This document shows, piece by piece, positions 50,569 through 61,687 of a stretch of 64,000 nucleotides of DNA. The DNA is from Vicugna vicugna. Taxonomy: Eukaryota. Positions within the stretch are counted from its first letter, which is position 1, and every line of letters starts with the position of its first letter. The notes beneath the pieces are model-generated. The model was not told the DNA's origin. It did no database searches and saw nothing but the letters and a program-made list of their open reading frames with translations. The position numbers were made by a program, and so were the translations under genes. The stretch covers positions 8,785,009 to 8,849,008 of the forward strand of contig MU058781.1 of the NCBI GenBank assembly GCA_013265495.1, given 5' to 3'.

Positions 50569-53500
50569 GTAAGGAGAAGCACCCCATTTCCCTGCCGACA
50601 CAGACACGAACCAATCCGGACAGTGTGGCAGCCTCAGCACCGTCACATGTGCTTCATTTAAAACCACAGTCACATTTTGTGTGTGTGGTCCCACGTGACC
50701 AAGAATGGATAGAGAATTTCAAGTCCCCTTCTTTGTCAGTCTGCACGTCTTGTTTTCACTTCCTCACTGTTGATTAATGTTGCCGAGGTTTTCCAGTATT
50801 TGCCATCTTGTCACAGTTCTTTGTTTCTTTGCAGCCCTTCAGTTTTCCATTGCATAAATTGGCCCCGATTCCTCCGTTTATAACCCTTGTCTGTTCCAGG
50901 ACTGCTAATACGTTGCGTTGATTTCGCAACCAACTGTGAGCGTTGCATTATCTGAAATTAGCCCTACCTATAAGGATACTGTGCTGTAAAGTTTAAGGAC
51001 GTTTTAAATTTCATCCCTTTGTCTGGGGATAGTTAAGGGCGAAGTGAAATCAAAGAGACGGAGCGCTCAGTGTTCTTCCACTTGATTGTCTTGTGCTCAC
51101 AATGAAAAAGGAGTTATGATGATGTGAAATCCCTGGCATCAGTTTTATACCTTCCATGGATCAGGATGCCTCCCTTCAAGTAGCTTATCTTTAAACTAAA
51201 AAAATGGACGTGTGTGCAAGTAACTGTGGTACTTGATGACAAATGACACAACAAATATGAGCAAAGAGTATGGACAAGGGAGCATCCATTAAAATGGAAG
51301 GATGCTAGGATCCATGAGTGTTATTTGAGAAATAAGATTATTATTTAATATTAGGCTCATAGTTAAGGATAAGAAATCTCATAAATGCCATTAAAAAGTC
51401 ATGTGCCAAGTACGGAAACAAGTCACATATTTTTAACCAGTTGTGTTCTTTGCAGTTAGTTTGTGCAGAAAAACAACATTGCAAAATTCTAAAAGCAAGT
51501 ATAGTGACTGAAATTTAATGCATAAATGTGCATGAATGCTCAAAGATTTAAAAGATTGTTTCTGTTGATCTGAAGGCTTATACTTGTTGAGGTTGTTGCT
51601 GAAAAGCCACTCTAATCTCAACAGTGTGTTTTAGAGGGAAAACAGAGTTGATCGGAATCTGATCGTTAATTAGAAATCTGTAATGAAGAAATTTAGAAAT
51701 TTCAATTTTGTTACTCACATTTTCCCAGCCAGATCCTACACAGATGCATGTGATTTATATGTTAACTTTGGTGCTTTGGACAATGTGGGACAATTAGGAT
51801 TTGCTATTTAAAAATAAGTTGCAAGCATGTCAATTTTTGCATAACCCTCTGACTCAACAGTTGGAAAAGCAAACGATTCTCTGTAAAAATCAAGTATGCT
51901 AAGAGCTGTAGCAGTCCTGGGATGTTTGTGGTAAGTGTGAGGCCCGCATCATGAAGCCCAGAAGATGTGCTCATGTGTGGTTGGTAGGAAGACAAGGAAG
52001 CCCTGCCAGTACACAGCTGATAACGTGCCAGTTTCTATGGATTAAAAAAATCTCATCAAGGATCAAGGGAACATGAGTAGCTAGAGTCCGAGAAGTTAAG
52101 GTGGGAAGTAAACACAAAGGGGAAAAAATCATGTATTGGCTCTGAGATGAGTAACCTAGTTCATCTTAGAATAAATTCAGCACTTAAATTAATTGCAAGA
52201 TTGCAAAACCTAATGTCGCCTTTATTGCAAACCCTAATACTCAGTACCCAATGCAGTACTAGAGTTGTTGACTTATGAATAGATGCTCCAGAAGAACTTC
52301 TAAAAATCAACAGAAGATGCACTTTACTTGGAAAAGCACCAGGTGTTTGGTTCATAGATTGTGGTTAGAGTGATAACAAGTTCTGATTGTCATAGCATTA
52401 ACTTGTTAACATTCTTGCTTTAAGACGTCTGTAACATTGGCCTTCCCTCCTACATCGTCATCTTCACGAGGCAAGGACCTAGTCGTTTCTGTCTCCACAA
52501 CTGCCCAACCCAGTAGTCGCTCAGTAAATGGGTGCATAAAATGATGGATAAAGAAAGAGGCTTCTTTGTGAAATAAACTGTAGAGCCCACTGTAGTCTTG
52601 AACTTTGATAACTTAACCTTGTGGCCAGAAGAGGCAATACCAGATGACCAAGTAAATGAGCCTCGAGGGTGAGGTTTGTCCCAAAGAAAACTACCCATTT
52701 CTCTGCACTTGATAAGCAGGGAGTAATCCAGTCCCCCTGGACCACACCAAAGGAAAAAGCAGTCCAGAGGAAACAGAGCCAAATGAAACAAACGAGCAAA
52801 AGTATGCAAGAATCAAAGACCCAGACATCTGGAAGCAGGAGCTTTTCGAGTCTTCCTTGGTCACTTTGACAGGATTTGCACACTTTGTTGATTCTTCTCA
52901 TCCTCCTCTTATTGGGAGACCCTTGAGCCTGCAATGTTCCACAAACACGCCCTTCTATACCAGGAAAGGTACCTGAGCTCCACAGCACCCCTGGCTTCCA
53001 GGTGTGAAAAAGAACATTCGGGAAGGGAGCCCCCCCAGGGAGCCTCACCCACCAGTGCATGCTGTTTCCCCATTTTCCTCTCGCTAAGCTTAGACCACTC
53101 TGCAGAAATTACTTGACTTATCTAAAGTGCTAAAGAGAGATCATCAATAAGAAAAAAAGGAAACAGGAGAAAAGATGAAAACAAGGGGAAAAAGTAACAC
53201 CAGTGAATGACAGGTGTTGGTGGTTGTTTTTTTTTGTTGTTGTTGTTTTTTTAATGTAGGAATAGAAGGAAGCCACTCTTGAGAACTACTTGGAAGCTAT
53301 GAGTGAGTGTCCTGGAGAATTGTATTGATAGGAGCCAGCCTTCTTGTGTTTCTGGAAGATGCTTCATCCTGCAAACTTTAATTACAGAGCCTTCAGTGAG
53401 CTGCTCTCCTTCCTCTTCATTTTATTCTCTTCACTTTCACCTGACTCTTGAATTTTTTTTCATCTCTTTTACCAGTCTTTTTTTTTAAACTGAGCAGTTT

Positions 53501-54829
53501 AAAGGGGAAATCATTTAAAGGAAAATACCAGAGTTTCTATCATTATTTAAACGTGTGATGAGGAAAGTTAGATCTGTTGAAAATACGTTTTCTTAAATCT
53601 TCCTAAGAACAGAAGATGCATATTACACTTAATACAGGACGCACGTTTAAGTTCTAATCGAGAGCCTGACATTATGTGTGACACTTTGTTATAGCAGATA
53701 CTGAATAAAGGTGTAATGAATACAAGGAAGGGAGGGAGAATTCTTAATCCCTATCAGGCAGGCAAGTCAAGTATCTGATTGGAATGTCTACAAACCTATT
53801 TTTAACTTGTCACTGCCTTAAAAACAATATGAGATTTATTTTAAATGACGATATAGCTGACAAAGATATCTCAAACGTGTTTATTTGGTGGGAAAACACC
53901 CTGCAACTGAAGAAACAAAATGATAACCTTATGTAATACTTATTAAATTTGGATATGAGGTAGAAACAATAGATAAAACAGTAGATTAAAAAAGCTTTTA
54001 TTACCTCATTTTAAGTCTGTGATGCCTCTTGATTACCCTTAGGATAAAGAGCTCTTGCTCATGACCTACAGGGTCCTCAAGATGCTTCTTCCATTACATC
54101 CCTGTTCTCTCTTCCCTTTACTACCCTTATGATGCTTCCTGTGTAGCTTGCATTTTTTAAAACCATTTCATAATCCTGCTATTTTTACTCTAACTTTTTC
54201 CCATTTTATACTCACCACATGACCGTTGGTAGTATCGAGTTAATCAGATATACTAATGTTTGCTACTACTTACGTTGACTAATATCCTGCCCCTATAGTG
54301 GCAAATAAGAGATACTTGCCCTCTGTGTTTGCTTTCCTGTTGATATCGCTGAGATAATAATGCTGGCATATTCCTTTTTAATGAATTCTGACCTTCTAGG
54401 TGGAGCAGCTTGTGAATTCGATTACTCGTGAAACTATCTTGCTTAGTTTTGCCCTCTGAGTTGTGGGTATCCACAGCTAAAATATTAGTTCAGACTGAAC
54501 ATAATGCACACGAACCCACCAAGGGGTGATGTGGCAAGTGACAGTGATATAATGGTTACTGGTAACCAGGCACCAGAAAACACTGGGAACTTTTTCCCAG
54601 ACTTTGTAATAGAATCGTAATAAGACCAGTACAATTTCTTGGGTTCCTGTTATTTTCTAGAAACCATGTTACTTGCTTTATACACTTTATGTCTTTTCCT
54701 TCTTAAAATCAGCTAACCATATAGAAATTATTATCCTTATTTCATTGATTGAGAAGCCAAGTCTTAGCAAGCTTTAATAATTGGCCAAATTACGTAACTA
54801 ATTGGCAGCTGAACTGGTTTCTAATCTTG

Positions 54830-55070
54830 TCTGACTTAAAATGCTTTCTCCTATACTGCGTCCTCCACGAGACCTTCCCAGATTCCTTCCATGCTGTCAG
54901 GCTCTGTCCAGCGTATCTCTGCCGGCACTCATCCTGGTGCCTCATGACTACTTATTTACATGTAAATCCCATAAAACTGTTATCTTTAGGGAGAGGCTGT
55001 ATCGTATCGTTGGTCTTTGCATTTCAGCGCCTGTGATAACATGCGCTTAATAAATGTGTGTGGAGTGATG
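54830..55070 (+). mobile_element. LINE-2 3' end
   Basis: cctccacgagaccttccc...tgcgcttaataaatgtgtgtggagtga. Confidence 0.6.
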
Positions 55071-57872
55071 TGATGGCTCTAAGTTTAGCTGTTCGTTGAC
55101 TGCGTGTCTTATACATCCTGAGCTGTCTTCATATCCCAGCTGAGCATCTCGTTTTAGAAGAGTTTGTGGATGATTGTCACACGTGTTCCTCACTTATGAG
55201 TCACACTTCTGTGGAGCTGTACTGGACGGTGGGGGCGGAATCCATCTAAGGGATGTGTTTTAGTTATTCGCCCTGCTGAAGTATCACAGTGATAGTATCT
55301 TTAGGACTACCTACAGCAAATGAGCTCATTGTCTGATTATTGAGTTTGTAGATTATCTAGGCACTTAGCCTCTCTCTTCTCCTTCCTGCTTCTTAGCTTT
55401 CACTGCTTTTTATAATCTCCATCGGGGAGGTCAGCAGTGGCTGGAAAAGGAGGAGAAATTAAAATCAGGCAGTTTGTCTTGTTTTTCGTTTTATGGGTTG
55501 GCTGGTAGGGAAAAGATATTTAAGCTATTGACCAGTAAGGGATATGGGAATTATCAGTGGATTTTATTTATCAAAGCTGTTCTGGTTCTCCCTGTGTTAT
55601 GAATAATTTAAAAGAACTGTTGTCTTTCTTTTAGATTCCTGTGTGTCTTAAATTCATATCAGAATTTTAGTGCATCACTTACAGCCTGGTCCAGAGAGAG
55701 CAAGTTGATTAATCTGGAGTGCAAATGCTTGATATTAAGGACTTTTCCTACACTCACAATATGAATAAAGCAAATTGGTTATCTTTTAACTTATTACTAT
55801 ATTCTGTAAAATAGTGCTGAAACATATTGACACATATATTCACATTAATATGCTATATTTTATTTAACTTGAATTAAAATGTACAATATTTTGCAAGATT
55901 CACATTTAGCATATTGCTGTTATATGTATTATATATATTACATTGTGTAAAGTTAATCATAGTGATGTTTTAGATGTTCCATGTGTTTTGGGTTGAGAAA
56001 TCTGGTAGTCACTACAAGTCAGTTTCCTGCTACCCGTGATTTTTGTATATTTACTTTTATTTAAATGACTTTAAGTCCTACTCTAATTGTATATTTAGCA
56101 AAATTAATTTATCTGGTAGAAGAAAGTAGGTATCTGTCAAGGACTTTCGCTGCATGGTAATTTATGGACATTAATAGTATGTTTGGCTTGGCAGACTTTT
56201 GAAAAATGCCTCATAGTTTCAAAATAATATCAAACTCAGTACCTGCTGTGCTTATGTTTCATCAAAGGAATACAGAATTTCCAAACTGAAGTCAACAGTT
56301 CACATGGGGTCTTTAAACTTTTTTTTTTTCCTTATGGCTTATACTTTCCAGAATAATAGAAAAATATGCAAATAGGTTTTGTGCTGTTAGGGACAAAATA
56401 TTTCACCCTTTTGGTAAATAGAAGGACATGCTAGATGATTTATTCTGAGCAAGAAAATGGACAGAAAAATCCTTTATTTCTGCCCTCCGTGTACTGTAGC
56501 TTTTGGGACTTGTCGTGTGTGGTGTGATGTGACTGTTGGCACCCAGTTTCTCACTGACTATGATCATCAGCACTTTGTTTCTTTCTTTTTTCTTTTTTTT
56601 TTTCTACTTCATTCATAACCTGGCACTTGTGAATTGATTTCAAGAGGTCAGTGAAACCTCAGAAACAGGAAACCAAAGTTGGTGCCTCTCTGAAAATTTC
56701 AGGAGAGGAATCCTTCATCAAATATGAAAAGGATTCATATTCTTGATGAAAAGTTTATCAGGCCTAATTCTCAGCTGCGAGCAGCCTCCCTGGAAGGGAA
56801 GATGAGGATAGAGGCTGTGCCCTAGCCCTGTTTGCCAATGACTTGACTCCTGATAAACCATGAAGTTGAAATACTGCTCTGCATAAACATGGTTGCAGGT
56901 TCTACCTCCCCACCCCCACCAACCACAGCGCCAGCTCTGCTCCTTCCCGGGTGGATTTGGATATGAGCATCAGCAAAGCTTCAGTCCGACCCTTGTACTA
57001 AAACATTTGCATGTGTGCACATACTTGTATCACAGCCTGTTTGTTCCTGTGAGCCTCACTTGTCCCTGTTCCGTCTTCTACCCCTAACACTCCAGCCCTG
57101 CCCAAGAATCCTCAGCTTTGCTTGAACTCAACAGCCCGCCAGTAAAACGTTCATAGCTTACTCCTTCTTAATACTGAGATTCAGTTTGTCATATTCTGGA
57201 TGATTAAGCCTGCTGATAACACGCAGGCCAGAGCACCCAGAGACGAGATGAACTCAATGAATAGATAGAGTTGATCTTGGCACGTGACTCTGTTGCTGTC
57301 CTCACAGCCATACACTCAGTTTCATCAGGAATCTTATTTTAATATCATCCCAGGTATGTTTTTAGGGGAAAAATGAACTATTTTGTGGATGAATATTCCT
57401 CATGTTGAAACTATTGGGTACCTCTGTCTTCTTGGGGAGAACAATGGAAAATACCTTGTTTTAAAATTTTATTAAATGGCCATCGATAATTCAAACAGAG
57501 GCCTGACCTGTTGGCCTCACTGCTGCCCTCGGTTACAATTTCTAAATTACCAGTCTAGACCCAGCGTAGGAGTATAAATGGTCAAACAGGTTTTGGTTAT
57601 CATAATATGCTTTAATCCACTTTGTGGTAAAAACTATCTGAACTTCACAACCACTAATGTCATCATTTTTTCTCTTGCCACTGGCCTGAGTTATTGAATA
57701 TTGCTGATGAAATCCAGTGACATATTTATATTCTTTCCCAAAAGAAGATGACCGTTTTCCTGAGAGGAAAAGAACATCGGGACATAGGGATAAAATGTGT
57801 GTCAAGATGATAAGTGAAAAGGCCTCAGCAAATGCTTTATAAAGAAACTGATGTCATAGTGCAATATATGGA

Positions 57873-57874
<2 letters not shown>

Positions 57875-57902
<28 letters not shown>
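57875..57902. repeat. (TG)14 microsatellite
   Basis: Read directly from the sequence. Confidence 0.95.
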
Positions 57903-57905
<3 letters not shown>

Positions 57906-59320
57906 CTTTTAACAAAGCAGAATACTCTGATATTTCAGAATTATATGAAATACTGGAAGCCTGGAAATTTACATATTTTCATTGTGGAGTACAAATATTC
58001 CTACTTCATCTTTTAGTGTTCTCGTGTACATGTCAGTTTATGAAGGAGGGCATGAGATATGTGTATGGTTTAATTTGCATCTTAAAAGGCATTTCGCATT
58101 GCCATTCCCTGAATCCTTAATTTCACAGGAGTAGCTGAGAAGGCTTCCATGCCACCTGTCAAAATTAGTACAGTTCAAACTCCACAATACACCGTCTGTG
58201 GGCCTTATCGTCCTCATTAATTTAGGAAGTCAGTTATGTTCAAACCATTGAGAAAAGCTGCTTTTGACTTTCCCTCATAAGCACGGAGAATGGCCAACAC
58301 ATAAGGCAATCAGTGCAGTTTTTCCTTCATACTTTTCTTTTGATACTAGGATCATTTCTATATTGATTTCTTTGCTCTGATAGCCTATGAAAGGCTACCC
58401 TAGGCACTTGCTAATTCAGCACTTAGTAAAATGAAATCTTCATATTTTATATCAGGTGGGTAATGGAATTTTCAGGTGATTCATGGTGTAGAACAGAAAG
58501 GTTGGTAATGAAGTTAATGGTTCATAGAAGAGTTGAGGGACATTCTGCATATTTTTCAGAGAGTAAAATGTAGTTCCTTAGTTTGCTTCTATTTATTTTT
58601 AATCTACTAAATAGTGTATTGTTTTTAGATCTAATATGCATCTGTTCTTTTCCCCACATCTTCCTTTGCCTACCGCAAAAATAACCCACATGAAAATGTT
58701 AAGCTTTCAAATTTTAAGTCCAGAGCTCTTTAATGTCATTTAACAGTAAATGATGATTGTGTCCTAAATTGGGAACAAAGGGTTTTTTAATTATTAAGAA
58801 CTCCTTTATTTGTATGTGTTGAAACAGAACTATCAGATTATAATGGACATGAATGGTGTATGTGTAACAAATAATTTTTAGCATCAGAGGATGCTGCATG
58901 TGGACCAGAGAAGTCAAACTGTTTACAGTAGTACTGTAAGTTCTCCAGTTCATTAGTTTAGGGGCAAAAAATTGTCTCTTTTTATAGCATGAATTTTTCT
59001 GTTTTTAAAAATCACTGTGAAAAGCTTGCTACATGCGAAGTACTGTTTGATTAGAGAAAATATTGTGGATCGGTCTCTCTCTCATATATGGCACCAAAGA
59101 AATAACTTTCATAGTCACATGTTAAAATAGCTCTAAAAAGCAAGCTTTATGTCAATTTTTATTGTATAGTGTCCTCTGGAATATCAGCCTAAATACGGAT
59201 CATTTGATATTTCATACATTAATCTTTTCATGAATTTGCTACTATATTTTCCAGCTTCCTTTTCCCACTCAACAGATCTTTGTTATTTTTTTGGTTCCTC
59301 TGTTCCTCTTTCACTGCCTT

Positions 59321-59770
59321 TATATTAGTTTCCTAAGGTGGTTGTAACAAAGTGCCACAAACTGAGTAGCTTAAAAAAAACAGAAATTTATTCTCTTACA
59401 GTTTGGGAGACCAGAGGTCCCCAGTCAAAGTGCTGGCAGGGTTAATTCCTTCTGGAGGCCCTGAGGAGGAATCTGCCCTGGTCCTCTCTCCTAGCTTCTG
59501 GTGGTGGCTGGCCGTCCTTGGCATTCCTTGGCTGAGATCACTGCGATCTCTGTTCAGTTTTAACATGTTGATTTCCTCTCTCTGTGGCTGAATTTCCTTC
59601 TTTTTATAAGGACACTAGTCATTGGATTAGAGTCCACCCTAATTCAGTATGACCCCATTTAAACTTGATTACACCTGCAAAGACCCTATTTCCAAATAAG
59701 GCCATATCACAGGCACCGGGGATGATGATTTCAACGTGTCTTTTTGTGACACAGAATTCAACCTACAATA
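59321..59770 (-). mobile_element. MaLR solo LTR (MLT1C/D-like)
   Basis: tatattagtttccta..gtaacaaagtgccacaaactg..cagaaatttattctcttacagtt; ttataaggacactagtcattggattag; near 5-bp TSD gcctt/gccct. Confidence 0.88.
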
Positions 59771-60809
59771 GCCCTCTTTTGTGGTAAATACTCTCTAGTG
59801 TGCCATTTTAATTCATTTATGTACATACATACATACATACATACATAGTTTTAAAAGTCATTTTCTTAGTGGTTACCTTAATCTTAGTATCAACTTTATA
59901 ATGGTGTACAAATCTTTGCCTCTATATATAGCTTAATTCCCTCTCCCTTTCTTTGTGCTGATAATGCCATACAAATTATATCTTCCTAAAATGTACACCT
60001 ATCAGCACATTAATAATTAGTGCTTTATGTAGTTGGCTTTTAAGTTAGGAAATATAAAAACAAGAGTTATGACCAAAACCCACATTTATACTGTGTTTTA
60101 TGTTTGCTTTGTGGTTACCTTTAACTGTGCACTTTCTTTCTTCACGTGGATTGAAGTTACTGTCTAGTGTCCTTTCATTTCAGCCTGAAGGACTCCGTTT
60201 AGTATTTCTAACACAGGTCTCCTAGCAATGTATTCTCTCAGGTTTTGTTATCTGGGAATATCTTAGCTTTATCTTCAGTTTTGAAGGATGGCTTCTCTGA
60301 ATATAGAATTCTTAGTTGAAAGTCTTTTTTTCATCACTTTGAATATGTCATTCCACTGCCTTCTGGCCTCTGATTTGTGATGAGATACCAACTGCTAATC
60401 TTCCTGAGTATCCATCATACATGATGAGCTGCTTGTCTGTCGTTGTCAAGATTCCTTTGTCTTTTGGCAGTTCGTGAGATAGCTAGGTACAGATCTCTTT
60501 GAATTTATCCTACTTAGAGTTCGTAGAGCTTCTTGGTTGTGTAGATGAATATTTTTCTTCACATTTCAGAGTTTGGGGCCATTATTTCTTCAGATATTTT
60601 TCTGCCTTTTTCTTTCCCTCCGGAATTCATACTATGTGTATGTTAGTGTGCTTGTGGTATCCCACAGATTTCTGAGGCACTGTTAATTTTTATTCATTCT
60701 TTTTTTTTTCTCTGTTTCTCAGACCAAGTAATCTCAATTTTTGTCTTCAAGTTTGCTTATTCTTTCTTCTGCCTGCTCAAATCTCCTGCTGAGCCCCTTC
60801 AGTGAATAT

Positions 60810-60963
60810 TTATTTATTTATTTGTTTGTTTGTTTGTTTATTTATTTATTTAGGAAGGTGTATAATTAGGTTTATTCATTTTAATGCAGGTACTGGGGAT
60901 TGAACCCAGGACCTTGTGCATGCTGAGTGCACACCCTAACACTGGGCAATACCCTCCCTACCT
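60810..60963 (-). mobile_element. tRNA-Ala-derived camelid SINE (vic-1 type, more diverged)
   Basis: ggtactggggattgaacccaggaccttgtgcatgctgag...ataccctccc with (TTTA/TTTG)n tail; short imperfect TSD tgaatattt/tgaattttt. Confidence 0.85.
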
Positions 60964-61381
60964 GAATTTTTAATTTCAGTTCTTTTACTTTTCACACTAG
61001 AACTTCTGTCTGGTTATTTTTCTTAATTTCTGGCTCATTATTGATATTCTTTATTCAGTGAGACATCATTCTCATGCTTTTCTTTAGTTCTTTAAAAATG
61101 ACTTGCTTTACTTCTTCAAACATATTTAAAATGATGATTTAAAGTCATTGTCTATTATGTCCAATGTTTGGGCTTTTGCTGGGAGAGTTTCTATTAATTG
61201 CTTTTTTTCCTGTGTGTTTTTCATGTGTCACAACTTTTGTTAAAAACTAGACATTTAAATATACTTTTAAATATAAATGTGACAGCTCTAGAAATCAGTT
61301 ACTCTTTTTTGCTCAGGATTTATTATTGATGTTGTTGTTTGTTTGTTTAGTGATTTTTCTTAATTAATTCAATAAAGTCTG

Positions 61382-61687
61382 CAAACCAGAAATAGACTCA
61401 CGGACATAAAAAACAAACTGTGGTTACCGGGGGGAAAATGGAGCGGAGGGATAGATTAGGAGATTGGGATTAATAGTTATACATTACTATACATAAAATA
61501 GATAAACAGTAAGGGCCTGCCATATAGCACAGGGAACTATATTTAGTTTCTTGTAATGAGCCATAATGGAAAAGAAACTGAAAAGAAAAAATTGTATATA
61601 TTTATATGTATAACGGAATCACTTTGCTTATACGCCTGAATCTAACATTGTAAATCTACTTCAATTCAATAAAAAATAAGAAAAAAT
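61382..61687 (+). mobile_element. Cetartiodactyl/camelid L1 3' end
   Basis: aaaccagaaatagactcacggacata..aacaaactgtggttacc; tatagcacagggaactatatt; TSD ttcaataaagtctg (61368-61381) / ttcagtaaagtctg (61688-61701). Confidence 0.9.

Noticed and set aside
50569..50661. C-terminal part of ORF 50422..50661 (VRRSTPFP...)
   Set aside because: Read-through past a strong GAG|gtaagg donor; similarity to CDKAL1 stops exactly at the donor.
52450..53116. Overlapping ORFs of 60-179 aa
   Set aside because: No recognisable domains, mostly non-ATG starts, intronic; consistent with chance.
54285..54305. CTCF-like motif (also at ~42260 and ~62330)
   Set aside because: Spacing or core mismatches to the consensus.
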